Shown here one piece after another: positions 28,690 to 42,802 of a DNA stretch of 64,000 nucleotides (positions are counted from its first letter, which is position 1; each line of letters starts with the position of its first letter). The DNA comes from Escherichia coli (GTDB lineage: Bacteria > Pseudomonadota > Gammaproteobacteria > Enterobacterales > Enterobacteriaceae): the NCBI RefSeq assembly GCF_017348835.2, contig NZ_CP071375.1. One strand, written 5' to 3'. The notes under the pieces were generated by a model that saw only the letters and a program-made list of their open reading frames with translations, ran no database searches and had not been told where the DNA came from. The translations under genes and the position numbers were made by a program.

Positions 28690-29712
28690 ATGAAAAAAGT
28701 GTTATTGATAATCTTGTTATTGCTGGTGGTACTGGGTATCGCCGCTGGTGTGGGCGTCTGGAAGGTTCGCCATCTTGCCGACAGCAAATTGCTTATCAAA
28801 GAAGAGACGATATTTACCCTGAAGCCAGGGACCGGACGTCTGGCGCTTGGTGAACAGCTTTATGCCGATAAGATCATCAATCGCCCACGGGTTTTTCAAT
28901 GGTTGCTGCGTATCGAACCGGATCTTTCTCACTTTAAAGCCGGGACTTACCGCTTTACACCGCAGATGACCGTGCGCGAGATGCTGAAATTGTTGGAAAG
29001 CGGTAAAGAAGCACAGTTCCCGCTGCGACTGGTAGAAGGGATGCGTCTGAGCGACTACCTCAAGCAATTGCGTGAGGCTCCGTATATCAAGCACACGCTG
29101 AGTGACGATAAGTACGCCACCGTAGCGCAGGCACTTGAACTGGAAAACCCGGAGTGGATTGAAGGTTGGTTCTGGCCAGACACCTGGATGTATACCGCCA
29201 ATACCACCGATGTCGCGTTACTCAAGCGAGCGCACAAGAAAATGGTGAAAGCGGTCGATAGCGCCTGGGAAGGGCGTGCGGACGGTCTGCCTTATAAAGA
29301 TAAAAATCAGCTGGTGACGATGGCATCAATTATCGAAAAAGAAACCGCCGTTGCCAGTGAACGCGATCAGGTTGCCTCGGTATTTATCAACCGTTTACGC
29401 ATTGGTATGCGCCTGCAGACCGACCCAACCGTGATTTACGGGATGGGAGAGCGTTATAATGGCAAACTTTCTCGTGCAGACCTGGAAACGCCGACAGCGT
29501 ATAACACCTATACCATTACCGGTTTGCCGCCGGGTGCGATAGCTACGCCGGGGGCGGATTCGCTGAAGGCTGCTGCGCATCCGGCAAAAACGGCGTATCT
29601 CTATTTTGTGGCCGATGGTAAAGGTGGTCACACGTTTAATACCAATCTTGCCAGCCATAACAAGTCTGTGCAGGATTATCTGAAAGTGCTTAAGGAAAAA
29701 AATGCGCAGTAA
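28690..29712 (+). CDS. mltG: endolytic murein transglycosylase MltG (YceG)
   Basis: 340-aa ORF with N-terminal transmembrane segment, recognised as YceG/MltG. Confidence 0.9.
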
Positions 29713-30343
29713 GTATATCGTCATTGAGGGGCTGGAAGGCGCAGGCAAAACTACCGCGCGTAATGTGGTGGTTGAGACGCTCGAGCAACTGGGTATCCGC
29801 GACATGGTTTTCACTCGGGAACCTGGCGGTACGCAACTTGCCGAAAAGTTAAGAAGCCTGGTGCTGGATATCAAATCGGTAGGCGATGAAGTCATTACCG
29901 ATAAAGCCGAAGTTCTGATGTTTTATGCCGCGCGCGTTCAACTGGTAGAAACGGTCATCAAACCTGCGCTGGCTAACGGCACCTGGGTGATTGGCGATCG
30001 CCACGATCTCTCCACTCAGGCGTATCAGGGCGGAGGACGTGGTATTGACCAACATATGCTGGCAACACTGCGTGATGCTGTTCTCGGGGATTTTCGCCCC
30101 GACTTAACGCTCTATCTCGATGTTACCCCGGAAGTTGGCTTAAAACGCGCGCGTGCGCGCGGCGAGCTGGATCGTATTGAGCAAGAGTCTTTCGATTTCT
30201 TTAATCGCACCCGCGCCCGCTATCTGGAACTGGCAGCACAAGATAAAAGCATTCATACCATTGATGCCACCCAGCCGCTGGAGGCCGTGATGGATGCAAT
30301 CCGCACTACCGTGACCCACTGGGTGAAGGAGTTGGACGCATGA
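29702..30343 (+). CDS. tmk: thymidylate kinase
   Basis: 213-aa ORF with P-loop GLEGAGKTT, recognised as Tmk; overlaps mltG by 11 nt. Confidence 0.93.
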
Positions 30344-31344
30344 GATGGTATCCATGGTTACGACCTGATTTCGAAAAACTGGTAGCCAGCTATCAGGCCG
30401 GAAGAGGTCACCATGCGCTACTCATTCAGGCGTTACCGGGCATGGGCGATGATGCTTTAATCTACGCCCTGAGCCGTTATTTACTCTGCCAACAACCGCA
30501 GGGCCACAAAAGTTGCGGTCACTGTCGTGGATGTCAGTTGATGCAGGCTGGCACGCATCCTGATTACTACACCCTGGCTCCCGAAAAAGGGAAAAATACG
30601 CTGGGCGTTGATGCGGTACGTGAGGTCACCGAAAAGCTGAATGAGCACGCACGCTTAGGTGGTGCGAAAGTCGTTTGGGTAACCGATGCTGCCTTACTGA
30701 CCGACGCCGCGGCTAACGCATTGCTGAAAACGCTTGAAGAGCCACCAGCAGAAACCTGGTTTTTCCTGGCTACCCGCGAGCCTGAACGTTTACTGGCAAC
30801 ATTACGTAGTCGTTGTCGGTTACATTACCTTGCGCCGCCGCCGGAACAGTACGCCGTGACCTGGCTTTCACGCGAAGTGACAATGTCACAGGATGCATTA
30901 CTTGCCGCATTGCGCTTAAGCGCCGGTTCGCCTGGCGCGGCACTGGCGTTGTTTCAGGGAGATAACTGGCAGGCTCGTGAAACATTGTGTCAGGCGTTGG
31001 CATATAGCGTGCCATCGGGCGACTGGTATTCGCTGCTAGCGGCCCTTAATCATGAACAAGCTCCGGCGCGTTTACACTGGCTGGCAACGTTGCTGATGGA
31101 TGCGCTAAAACGCCATCATGGCGCTGCGCAGGTGACCAATGTTGATGTGCCGGGCCTGGTCGTCGAACTGGCAAACCATCTTTCTCCCTCGCGCCTGCAG
31201 GCTATACTGGGGGATGTTTGCCACATTCGTGAACAGTTAATGTCTGTCACAGGCATCAACCGCGAGCTTCTCATCACCGATCTTTTACTGCGTATTGAGC
31301 ATTACCTGCAACCGGGCGTTGTGCTACCGGTTCCTCATCTTTAA
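30340..31344 (+). CDS. holB: DNA polymerase III delta-prime subunit
   Basis: 334-aa ORF recognised as HolB, including the Cys cluster CGHCRGCQ. Confidence 0.92.
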
Positions 31345-31354
31345 GAGAGACATC

Positions 31355-32152
31355 ATGTTTTTAGTCGACTCACACTGCCATCTCGATGGTCTGGATTATG
31401 AATCTTTGCATAAGGACGTGGATGACGTTCTGGCGAAAGCCGCCGCACGCGATGTGAAATTTTGTCTGGCAGTCGCCACAACATTACCGGGTTATTTACA
31501 TATGCGGGATCTGGTAGGCGAACGTGACAACGTCGTATTTTCTTGTGGCGTGCATCCACTCAACCAGAATGATCCCTACGATGTAGAAGATTTACGCCGT
31601 CTGGCGGCAGAAGAGGGTGTTGTAGCGCTGGGTGAAACCGGGCTGGATTATTATTACACACCGGAAACTAAAGTACGTCAGCAAGAGTCCTTCATCCATC
31701 ATATCCAGATTGGTCGTGAACTGAACAAGCCGGTTATCGTCCATACCCGTGACGCCCGTGCCGATACGCTGGCAATTCTGCGCGAAGAAAAAGTGACGGA
31801 TTGCGGTGGCGTACTACACTGTTTTACAGAGGACAGAGAAACGGCGGGTAAATTACTGGATCTCGGATTTTACATCTCCTTTTCCGGCATTGTGACCTTC
31901 CGTAATGCGGAGCAACTGCGCGATGCTGCGCGTTATGTCCCCCTGGATCGGTTACTGGTGGAAACTGACTCACCTTACCTTGCGCCGGTACCGCATCGAG
32001 GAAAAGAGAATCAACCTGCGATGGTTCGTGACGTTGCAGAATACATGGCTGTGTTGAAAGGTGTTGCCGTTGAAGAACTGGCGCAGGTAACCACCGATAA
32101 CTTCGCCCGTCTGTTTCACATCGACGCTTCCCGCCTTCAATCCATCCGTTGA
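31355..32152 (+). CDS. ycfH: TatD-family metal-dependent hydrolase YcfH
   Basis: Start moved to ATG 31355 ([11 protein letters not shown]), 265 aa. Confidence 0.9.
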
Positions 32153-32446
32153 ATGAGTTTTTTTAAAGCTCGTAATTAATGGCTAAAACGAGTAAAGTTC
32201 ACCGCCGAAAATTGGGCGGTGAATAACCACGTTTGAAATATTGTGACATATGTTTTGTCAAAATGTGCAACTTCTCCAATGATCTGAAGTTGAAACGTGA
32301 TAGCCGTCAAACAAATTGGCACTGAATTATTTTACTCTGTGTAGTAAATAAAGGGCGCTTAGATGCCCTGTACACGGCGAGGCTCTCCCCCCTTGCCACG
32401 CGTGAGAACGTAAAAAAAGCACCCATACTCAGGAGCACTCTCAATT
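32153..32446 (+). promoter_or_regulatory. ptsG promoter / leader region
   Basis: 294-bp non-coding region upstream of ptsG; regulation by Mlc, CRP and SgrS is established knowledge, individual sites not mapped here. Confidence 0.5.
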
Positions 32447-33880
32447 ATGTTTAAGAATGCATTTGCTAACCTGCAAAAGGTCGGTAAATCGCTGATGCTG
32501 CCGGTATCCGTACTGCCTATCGCAGGTATTCTGCTGGGCGTCGGTTCCGCGAATTTCAGCTGGCTGCCCGCCGTTGTATCGCATGTTATGGCAGAAGCAG
32601 GCGGTTCCGTCTTTGCAAACATGCCACTGATTTTTGCGATCGGTGTCGCCCTCGGCTTTACCAATAACGATGGCGTATCCGCGCTGGCCGCAGTTGTTGC
32701 CTATGGCATCATGGTTAAAACCATGGCCGTGGTTGCGCCACTGGTACTGCATTTACCTGCTGAAGAAATCGCCTCTAAACACCTGGCGGATACTGGCGTA
32801 CTCGGAGGGATTATCTCCGGTGCGATCGCAGCGTACATGTTTAACCGTTTCTACCGTATTAAGCTGCCTGAGTATCTTGGCTTCTTTGCCGGTAAACGCT
32901 TTGTGCCGATCATTTCTGGCCTGGCTGCCATCTTTACTGGCGTTGTGCTGTCCTTCATTTGGCCGCCGATTGGTTCTGCAATCCAGACCTTCTCTCAGTG
33001 GGCTGCTTACCAGAACCCGGTAGTTGCGTTTGGCATTTACGGTTTCATCGAACGTTGCCTGGTACCGTTTGGTCTGCACCACATCTGGAACGTACCTTTC
33101 CAGATGCAGATTGGTGAATACACCAACGCAGCAGGTCAGGTTTTCCACGGCGACATTCCGCGTTATATGGCGGGTGACCCGACTGCGGGTAAACTGTCTG
33201 GTGGCTTCCTGTTCAAAATGTACGGTCTGCCAGCTGCCGCAATTGCTATCTGGCACTCTGCTAAACCAGAAAACCGCGCGAAAGTGGGCGGTATTATGAT
33301 CTCCGCGGCGCTGACCTCGTTCCTGACCGGTATCACCGAGCCGATCGAGTTCTCCTTCATGTTCGTTGCGCCGATCCTGTACATCATCCACGCGATTCTG
33401 GCAGGCCTGGCATTCCCAATCTGTATTCTTCTGGGGATGCGTGACGGTACGTCGTTCTCGCACGGTCTGATCGACTTCATCGTTCTGTCTGGTAACAGCA
33501 GCAAACTGTGGCTGTTCCCGATCGTCGGTATCGGTTATGCGATTGTTTACTACACCATCTTCCGCGTGCTGATTAAAGCACTGGATCTGAAAACGCCGGG
33601 TCGTGAAGACGCGACTGAAGATGCAAAAGCAACAGGTACCAGCGAAATGGCACCGGCTCTGGTTGCTGCATTTGGTGGTAAAGAAAACATTACTAACCTC
33701 GACGCATGTATTACCCGTCTGCGCGTCAGCGTTGCTGATGTGTCTAAAGTGGATCAGGCTGGCCTGAAGAAACTGGGCGCAGCGGGCGTAGTGGTTGCTG
33801 GTTCTGGTGTTCAGGCGATTTTCGGTACTAAATCCGATAACCTGAAAACCGAGATGGATGAGTACATCCGTAACCACTAA
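32447..33880 (+). CDS. ptsG: glucose-specific PTS enzyme IICB
   Basis: 477-aa ORF recognised as PtsG (IIC membrane domain plus C-terminal IIB domain with CITRLRV). Confidence 0.95.
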
Positions 33881-33904
33881 TCTGTAAGACGTTGGGGAGA
33901 CTAA

Positions 33905-33928
33905 GGCAGCCAGATGGCTGCCTTTTTT
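33905..33928 (+). terminator. rho-independent terminator after ptsG
   Basis: GGCAGCCA-GAT-GGCTGCC hairpin followed by TTTTTT. Confidence 0.75.
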
Positions 33929-33939
33929 ACAGGTGTTAT

Positions 33940-36129
33940 TCAGAATTGATACGTGCCGGTAATGCTGAAATTACGCGGTGCGCCGTAGACGATAGAACCT
34001 TCCACGTTGGTATCGTAGGTTTTGTCGAACAGGTTATTGACGTTCCCCTGTAACGAGAAGTTTTTCGTCACCTGGTAGCGGGTGAAGAGATCCACCAACG
34101 CGTAGCTACCTTGCTCGGCGCGGAAGGTGCCATACGGTGTCACGGTGTTGGTATACACGCGATTTTGCCAGTTAACACCACCGCCGACCGTCAACTCTGG
34201 CATGACAGGCAACCGATAGCTGGTGAACATTTTAACCGTGGTGCGTGGCAGATTGGGATTGACGGCGTTTCCTTCGTTATCCTCTGCAATATAGCGCGTT
34301 GCGCCAAATGTCAGCTGCCAGTTGTCGGTAATTGCGCCGTTGAGTTCAAATTCCACCCCTTTACTGACTGTCCCATCCACCGCTTTATAGGCGGTTTCGC
34401 CGTTGCTGCCGGGGATAGGTGTACCGGTGGACTGAGCGACATTATCCTGCTCAATACGGAAGATGGCTAACGTGGTGGTCAGACGGCTATTCATCCAGTC
34501 CGACTTCAGACCCAGCTCGTAGTTGTTACCGGTGATTGGAGCCAGATATTTGCCTGAACTGTCACGATCATTTTGCGGCTGGAAAATAGAGGTATAGCTG
34601 GCGTAGGTCGACCAGTTGTCATTGATGTCAAACACCAGACCAGCGTAAGGCGTGGTGTGGTTTTTCTCCATGCTGTAAGTCAGCGTATCAACCCGCCAGT
34701 TGGTATAACGTGCGCCGAGGATCAGATGCAGCGGATCGGCAAGGGTGACACGAGTGGCAGCATATAACGATTTCATATGTGTGGTATCGTCCTGCGCCAG
34801 GCTCTGTGGTGACCAGTCGGTTTGTGGGAAATTGCCATTAAAGTTGTAGAAACTGCCAATTTCATCCGGGAAGATGTTGGCCCATGAACTGAAGTAACGA
34901 TTGTTTTGTTTGCTGTAACTGCCACCAAACATTAGATTGTGCTGACGACCAAACAATTCATAACTACCGTCAGCGAACAAATCCAGCGCATCAACTTTAC
35001 GTTTGCCACTGTTCCAACCGGTGCCGCCGACATAATCAAAGCCAGGTCCATAATTACTGTATGGCCCAACCAGCATACCATCCGCTTTGTTTACATAGGC
35101 ATCGACATACATCATTTTGCTGTCAAATTCGACTTCAGAGTGGGTGGCATTCAGTGTCGCTTGCCAGGTAGCAGCAAACCGCTGCTTCAGGGTCATAAAG
35201 ACCTTGTTGATCTCTTTATCGTTGTACGCCCAGTCAGGTGCGGTACTGCGTGCGCGATCGTAACTGTTGCTGCTGCCATCAGTATTCCAGCGCGGTAAAC
35301 CGCCCCAGGTTGGGCTATTAACATCAATGCGCTGATATTCGTAACCGGCTGAAAGCGTCGTAAGATCGCCTAAATCAGCATCGACAATGCCGGAGAAGAA
35401 GGTCTTTTCACTGTTGTAGCGGTCCAGCCATGAGTCGTTATTCTGGTAGCCGCCGACAATTCGCGCGCGGATTTTACCGTCTTCGGTGAGTGGGCTTTGT
35501 AAATCCGCCACATACCGTTCTTTGTTCCAGCTACCGTATTCCGCCGAGATATCGCCTTTAAATTCACGACTGGTCGCGTGTTTTCGAACCATATTAATTG
35601 CCGCAGATGGATTACCCGTCCCGGTCATGAGTCCTGTCGCGCCACGCACTACTTCTACGCGTTCAAAGAGTGCCATATCAGAAAGTGCGTCGCCCAGATT
35701 CCAGCGCGATTCAAAATAGGTGGGGATACCATCAACCATATAGTTATCGATCTGGAATCCGCGGGAATAATAAAGAGCACGATCGGAATCCGCCTGACTT
35801 TTGCTGATCCCCAGCGTGTTTTCCATCACTTCGCCCAGCGTTTGTAACTGCTGATCTTCCATCCGCTGCTGGCTAACAATAGTGACCGACTGAGGAATAT
35901 CACGTTGAGTCATCTGCATTTTGGTACCCGCAGAGGTAGACGTTACGCTGTAATCATTTTCGCCATCATCTGGAGCTGTGGCTGAACCCTCAACAATCAC
36001 CGTTTCTTCAGTGGCTGGTGCAGCAAAAGAGGCGGCAGGTAATAGTGCCAGTGCTATGCAACCGGCAAGGAGTGACGGTTTGATGATGGCTTGATGTTGA
36101 TTATCCCTGTTAAATTGTGTTGAAAGCAT
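33940..36129 (-). CDS. fhuE: TonB-dependent ferric coprogen / rhodotorulic acid receptor
   Basis: 729-aa ORF with signal peptide and C-terminal aromatic residue (ends TGTYQF), recognised as FhuE. Confidence 0.93.
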   Translation of the reverse strand: MLSTQFNRDNQHQAIIKPSLLAGCIALALLPAASFAAPATEETVIVEGSATAPDDGENDYSVTSTSAGTKMQMTQRDIPQSVTIVSQQRMEDQQLQTLGEVMENTLGISKSQADSDRALYYSRGFQIDNYMVDGIPTYFESRWNLGDALSDMALFERVEVVRGATGLMTGTGNPSAAINMVRKHATSREFKGDISAEYGSWNKERYVADLQSPLTEDGKIRARIVGGYQNNDSWLDRYNSEKTFFSGIVDADLGDLTTLSAGYEYQRIDVNSPTWGGLPRWNTDGSSNSYDRARSTAPDWAYNDKEINKVFMTLKQRFAATWQATLNATHSEVEFDSKMMYVDAYVNKADGMLVGPYSNYGPGFDYVGGTGWNSGKRKVDALDLFADGSYELFGRQHNLMFGGSYSKQNNRYFSSWANIFPDEIGSFYNFNGNFPQTDWSPQSLAQDDTTHMKSLYAATRVTLADPLHLILGARYTNWRVDTLTYSMEKNHTTPYAGLVFDINDNWSTYASYTSIFQPQNDRDSSGKYLAPITGNNYELGLKSDWMNSRLTTTLAIFRIEQDNVAQSTGTPIPGSNGETAYKAVDGTVSKGVEFELNGAITDNWQLTFGATRYIAEDNEGNAVNPNLPRTTVKMFTSYRLPVMPELTVGGGVNWQNRVYTNTVTPYGTFRAEQGSYALVDLFTRYQVTKNFSLQGNVNNLFDKTYDTNVEGSIVYGAPRNFSITGTYQF

Positions 36130-36260
36130 TTGAAATCTCTTGGTTTATGTTGTCGTCAGGCTCATGCCGGAGGAGGGTGATGAGCGGTTATATTTAGTGT
36201 GCGAATAATTTTGTATGTAAATACAAATGAGAAATATACGCATTCATATTTGACGTGTAA
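36130..36260 (-). promoter_or_regulatory. fhuE promoter region (Fur-regulated by established knowledge)
   Basis: AT-rich segment upstream of fhuE; I could not align a convincing 19-bp Fur box by eye. Confidence 0.35.
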
Positions 36261-36462
36261 ACCAAACAGAGAATGTCTTTTCAGCGCATTCGCAGGCAGA
36301 AATGGGAATAATGGCGATATATACGGCAGCAAAACGATTTTTTGCTTAAGAAATCGTGAGTTAAGGTTGAAAGAGCAGGTTTAACTCGACCATACTCTAT
36401 ACTCGCAGTGTGGCGCGGCGTAGCATGGCGCAACGCATGGCTATTTGAAAAAGGAAAATGTC

Positions 36463-36822
36463 GTGGCAGAAGAAACTATATTCAGCAAAATTATTCGTCG
36501 TGAGATCCCCTCCGATATCGTCTACCAGGATGATCTGGTAACGGCGTTTCGCGATATTTCGCCGCAAGCGCCAACGCATATTCTGATCATTCCGAATATC
36601 CTCATTCCGACTGTGAACGACGTGTCAGCTGAGCATGAGCAGGCGCTGGGACGTATGATCACCGTAGCGGCAAAAATTGCTGAGCAAGAAGGTATTGCCG
36701 AAGATGGCTATCGTCTGATCATGAACACCAACCGCCATGGCGGACAAGAGGTTTACCACATCCATATGCACTTGTTGGGTGGCCGTCCGCTGGGACCAAT
36801 GCTGGCGCATAAAGGTCTGTAA
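36463..36822 (+). CDS. hinT: purine nucleoside phosphoramidase HinT (HIT family)
   Basis: HIT motif HIHMHLLGG; start moved to GTG 36463 ([15 protein letters not shown]), 119 aa. Confidence 0.88.
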   Translation: MAEETIFSKIIRREIPSDIVYQDDLVTAFRDISPQAPTHILIIPNILIPTVNDVSAEHEQALGRMITVAAKIAEQEGIAEDGYRLIMNTNRHGGQEVYHIHMHLLGGRPLGPMLAHKGL

Positions 36823-36824
36823 CG

Positions 36825-37202
36825 ATGAGAAAAGGATGCTTTGGGTTGGTGTCTCTGGCGTTGTTACTGCTGGTGGGCTGTCGTTCACATCCGGAAATTC
36901 CGGTGAATGATGAGCAATCGCTGGTGATGGAGTCATCTTTATTGGCTGCGGGCATCAGTGCAGAAAAGCCGGTCCTTTCGACGTCTGATATTCAACCTTC
37001 AGCATCCTCAACGCTTTATAACGAAAGGCAAGAACCCGTTACCGTTCATTATCGTTTTTACTGGTATGACGCCAGAGGGCTGGAGATGCATCCTCTGGAA
37101 AGGCCACGCAGCGTTACCATTCCCGCACATTCGGCGGTAACGCTGTACGGCAGCGCCAATTTTCTGGGGGCGCACAAAGTCAGACTTTATCTATATTTGT
37201 AA
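36825..37202 (+). CDS. ycfL: lipoprotein YcfL
   Basis: 125-aa ORF with lipobox LLVGC. Confidence 0.85.
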   Translation: MRKGCFGLVSLALLLLVGCRSHPEIPVNDEQSLVMESSLLAAGISAEKPVLSTSDIQPSASSTLYNERQEPVTVHYRFYWYDARGLEMHPLERPRSVTIPAHSAVTLYGSANFLGAHKVRLYLYL

Positions 37203-37215
37203 GGGGTGAATCTTG

Positions 37216-37837
37216 ATGACAAAAATGAGTCGCTACGCCTTGATTACTGCGCTGGCGATGTTTCTCGCCGGGTGTGTGGGGCAACGTGAACCTGCACCGG
37301 TAGAAGAAGTGAAACCAGCGCCGGAACAACCAGCCGAGCCACAACAGCCTGTCCCCACAGTGCCCTCGGTGCCGACGATCCCGCAGCAGCCAGTCCCAAT
37401 TGAGCACGAAGATCAAACTGCACCGCCTGCGCCGCATATTCGCCATTATGACTGGAATGGCGCAATGCAGCCGATGGTCAGTAAGATGCTTGGGGCTGAC
37501 GGGGTGACTGCGGGTAGCGTCCTTCTGGTTGATAGCGTTAACAACCGTACTAACGGTTCGCTGAATGCCGCAGAAGCGACCGAAACGCTGCGAAATGCGC
37601 TGGCTAATAACGGTAAATTTACCCTGGTTTCCGCCCAGCAGCTGTCGATGGCTAAGCAACAGTTAGGTTTGTCGCCGCAGGACAGTTTAGGTACCCGTAG
37701 TAAAGCCATAGGCATTGCCCGCAATGTCGGCGCTCATTACGTGCTGTACTCCAGCGCCTCTGGCAACGTTAACGCTCCGACCCTACAAATGCAGCTGATG
37801 CTGGTGCAGACGGGCGAAATTATCTGGTCAGGTAAAG

Positions 37838-37857
<20 letters not shown>
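37216..37857 (+). CDS. lpoB: PBP1b activator lipoprotein LpoB
   Basis: Start moved to ATG 37216 ([20 protein letters not shown]), Pro-rich linker, 213 aa. Confidence 0.88.
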
Positions 37858-39698
<1,841 letters not shown>

Positions 39699-39720
39699 CC
39701 CTGGCTTATGTGAGGAAGCG

Positions 39721-40263
39721 ATGATTATCTATTTACACGGTTTTGACTCTAACAGTCCGGGTAACCACGAGAAAGTCTTACAATTGCAGTTTATTGACCC
39801 GGATGTACGCTTGATAAGCTACAGTACGCGGCATCCGAAACATGATATGCAGCATCTGCTTAAAGAAGTGGACAAAATGTTGCAACTAAACGTCGACGAG
39901 CGTCCGCTAATTTGCGGCGTTGGTCTGGGCGGATACTGGGCGGAACGGATTGGTTTTCTTTGCGATATCCGCCAGGTGATCTTCAACCCTAATTTGTTCC
40001 CTTATGAGAACATGGAAGGCAAGATTGATCGCCCGGAAGAGTATGCCGATATTGCCACTAAGTGTGTGACCAACTTCCGCGAGAAGAATCGCGATCGTTG
40101 TCTGGTTATTTTGTCGCGTAATGATGAAGCACTTAACAGCCAGCGGACATCTGAAGAGCTGCATCATTATTACGAGATTGTCTGGGACGAAGAGCAGACG
40201 CACAAATTCAAGAATATCTCCCCGCATTTACAGCGCATTAAAGCGTTCAAAACCCTCGGGTAA
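39721..40263 (+). CDS. ycfP: alpha/beta-hydrolase-fold protein YcfP
   Basis: Start moved to ATG 39721 ([14 protein letters not shown]), 180 aa. Confidence 0.85.
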
Positions 40264-40265
40264 AT

Positions 40266-40390
40266 GCCCTCGTCGCATCAGGTAACCTTGCCGGTACCTG
40301 ATGCGTTCCGGATTCTGTGGGTCGGATAAGGCGTTTACGCCGCATCCGACAGTCGAGCATCAATGCCTGATGCGATGCTGCGCATCTTAT
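40266..40390. repeat. REP / BIME cluster
   Basis: Several palindromic units, e.g. GTCGGATAAGGCGTTTACGCCGCATCCGAC and GCATCAGGTAACCTTGCCGGTACCTGATGC. Confidence 0.8.
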
Positions 40391-40670
40391 GAGGACGACC
40401 AAACGCCCTCCATATACGCGTCACCCTATATCACCCTTCCGGACTTGCTCAAATAATAAACAATAAACTCTGTTTTTTGATCTCACCCGGTAAAGTCGCC
40501 TATCTTTTCAGCAACAAAACTTGATTAACATCAATTTTGGTATGACCAATGCACCATTCATGTTATTCTCAATAGCGAAGAACATTTTCATTGCTGTAAC
40601 CTGTTGTTAATTAAGAGCTATGTTAATAACCATTAATTAACAATTGGTTAATAAATTTAAGGGGGTCACG
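40391..40670 (+). promoter_or_regulatory. ndh promoter region
   Basis: AT-rich region with TTAATTAA-containing repeats immediately upstream of ndh; FNR/Fis control is established knowledge, sites not mapped. Confidence 0.45.
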
Positions 40671-41975
40671 TTGACTACGCCATTGAAAAAAATTGTGATT
40701 GTCGGCGGCGGTGCTGGTGGGCTGGAAATGGCAACACAGCTGGGGCATAAGCTGGGACGCAAGAAAAAAGCCAAAATTACGCTGGTCGATCGTAACCACA
40801 GCCACCTGTGGAAACCGCTGCTGCACGAAGTGGCGACTGGCTCGCTTGATGAAGGCGTCGATGCGTTGAGCTATCTGGCCCATGCGCGCAATCATGGTTT
40901 CCAGTTCCAGCTGGGTTCCGTCATTGATATTGATCGTGAAGCGAAAACAATCACTATTGCAGAACTGCGCGATGAGAAAGGTGAACTGCTGGTTCCGGAA
41001 CGTAAAATCGCCTATGACACCCTGGTAATGGCGCTGGGTAGCACCTCTAACGATTTCAATACGCCAGGTGTCAAAGAGAACTGCATTTTCCTCGATAACC
41101 CGCACCAGGCGCGTCGCTTCCACCAGGAGATGCTGAATCTGTTCCTGAAATACTCCGCCAACCTGGGCGCGAATGGCAAAGTGAACATTGCGATTGTCGG
41201 TGGCGGCGCGACGGGTGTAGAACTCTCCGCTGAATTGCACAACGCGGTCAAGCAACTGCACAGCTACGGTTATAAAGGCCTGACCAACGAAGCCCTGAAC
41301 GTAACGCTGGTAGAAGCGGGAGAACGTATTTTGCCTGCATTACCGCCACGTATCTCTGCTGCGGCCCATAGTGAGTTAACGAAACTTGGCGTTCGCGTGC
41401 TGACGCAAACCATGGTCACCAGTGCTGATGAAGGCGGCCTGCACACTAAAGATGGCGAATATATTGAGGCTGATCTGATGGTGTGGGCAGCCGGGATCAA
41501 AGCGCCAGACTTCCTGAAAGATATCGGTGGTCTTGAAACTAACCGTATCAACCAGCTGGTGGTGGAACCGACGCTGCAAACCACCCGCGATCCAGACATT
41601 TACGCTATTGGCGACTGCGCGTCATGCCCGCGTCCGGAAGGGGGCTTTGTTCCGCCGCGTGCTCAGGCTGCACACCAGATGGCGACTTGCGCAATGAACA
41701 ACATTCTGGCGCAGATGAACGGTAAGCTGCTGAAAAATTATCAGTATAAAGATCATGGTTCGCTGGTATCGCTGTCGAACTTCTCCACCGTCGGTAGCCT
41801 GATGGGTAACCTGACGCGCGGCTCAATGATGATTGAAGGACGAATTGCGCGCTTTGTATATATCTCGCTATACCGAATGCATCAGATTGCGCTGCATGGT
41901 TACTTTAAAACCGGATTAATGATGCTGGTGGGGAGTATTAACCGCGTTATCCGTCCGCGTTTGAAGTTGCATTAA
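40671..41975 (+). CDS. ndh: type II NADH:quinone oxidoreductase
   Basis: FAD-binding motif [10 protein letters not shown]; start at TTG 40671 ([10 protein letters not shown]), 434 aa. Confidence 0.92.
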   Translation: MTTPLKKIVIVGGGAGGLEMATQLGHKLGRKKKAKITLVDRNHSHLWKPLLHEVATGSLDEGVDALSYLAHARNHGFQFQLGSVIDIDREAKTITIAELRDEKGELLVPERKIAYDTLVMALGSTSNDFNTPGVKENCIFLDNPHQARRFHQEMLNLFLKYSANLGANGKVNIAIVGGGATGVELSAELHNAVKQLHSYGYKGLTNEALNVTLVEAGERILPALPPRISAAAHSELTKLGVRVLTQTMVTSADEGGLHTKDGEYIEADLMVWAAGIKAPDFLKDIGGLETNRINQLVVEPTLQTTRDPDIYAIGDCASCPRPEGGFVPPRAQAAHQMATCAMNNILAQMNGKLLKNYQYKDHGSLVSLSNFSTVGSLMGNLTRGSMMIEGRIARFVYISLYRMHQIALHGYFKTGLMMLVGSINRVIRPRLKLH

Positions 41976-41978
41976 TCG

Positions 41979-42075
41979 ACGTACACTGGCGGATGTGGCA
42001 TAAACGCCTCATCCGCCCTGGACAAATGGTACGATCGGTAGGCCTGATAAGACGCGTTAAGCGTCGCATCAGGCA
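41979..42075. repeat. REP elements
   Basis: GGCGGATGTGGCATAAACGCCTCATCCGCC and GGTAGGCCTGATAAGACGCGTTAAGCGTCGCATCAGGC. Confidence 0.8.
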
Positions 42076-42201
42076 TTCCTTCAGACTCCTCCGAATCCTT
42101 AAGTATTTCCAGCCATTCCCGCGCTTTTCATCTTCTGTCTGATAGCTGCTTTTCTCCTTCGCTTGCATGATTGGCATAACTGCAAAGAAGGAGGTGTTCC
42201 C

Positions 42202-42741
42202 GTGAATAAATCAATGTTGGCGGGTATCGGGATTGGTGTCGCAGCTGCGCTGGGCGTAGCGGCAGTGGCCAGTCTGAACGTGTTTGAACGGGGCCCGCAA
42301 TACGCTCAGGTTGTTTCTGCAACCCCAATCAAGGAAACGGTTAAAACACCGCGTCAGGAGTGTCGCAACGTCACAGTGACCCATCGTCGACCGGTGCAGG
42401 ATGAAAATCGCATTACCGGGTCGGTGCTCGGCGCTGTTGCTGGCGGCGTGATAGGGCATCAGTTTGGTGGTGGTCGCGGTAAAGATGTCGCCACTGTTGT
42501 GGGGGCGCTGGGTGGTGGATATGCCGGTAACCAGATCCAGGGCTCTCTCCAGGAAAGCGATACTTACACGACTACGCAACAGCGTTGTAAAACGGTGTAT
42601 GACAAGTCAGAAAAAATGCTCGGTTATGATGTGACCTATAAGATTGGCGATCAGCAGGGCAAAATCCGCATGGACCGCGATCCGGGTACGCAGATCCCGC
42701 TAGATAGTAACGGGCAACTGATTTTGAATAACAAAGTATAA
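42202..42741 (+). CDS. ycfJ: glycine-zipper membrane protein YcfJ
   Basis: Start at GTG 42202 (NKSMLAGIGIGVAAALG), Gly-rich GxxxG repeats, 179 aa. Confidence 0.85.
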   Translation: MNKSMLAGIGIGVAAALGVAAVASLNVFERGPQYAQVVSATPIKETVKTPRQECRNVTVTHRRPVQDENRITGSVLGAVAGGVIGHQFGGGRGKDVATVVGALGGGYAGNQIQGSLQESDTYTTTQQRCKTVYDKSEKMLGYDVTYKIGDQQGKIRMDRDPGTQIPLDSNGQLILNNKV

Positions 42742-42802
42742 CAAGGCTGTACTCTGCAATTTGGCCCCTCATTCGCTCAGGCTGAGGGGCTTTTTTTGCG
42801 AC

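Noticed and set aside
32753-33877. 374-aa minus-strand ORF
   Set aside because: Completely antisense to ptsG, which is recognised with high confidence; no ribosome-binding site or known domain.
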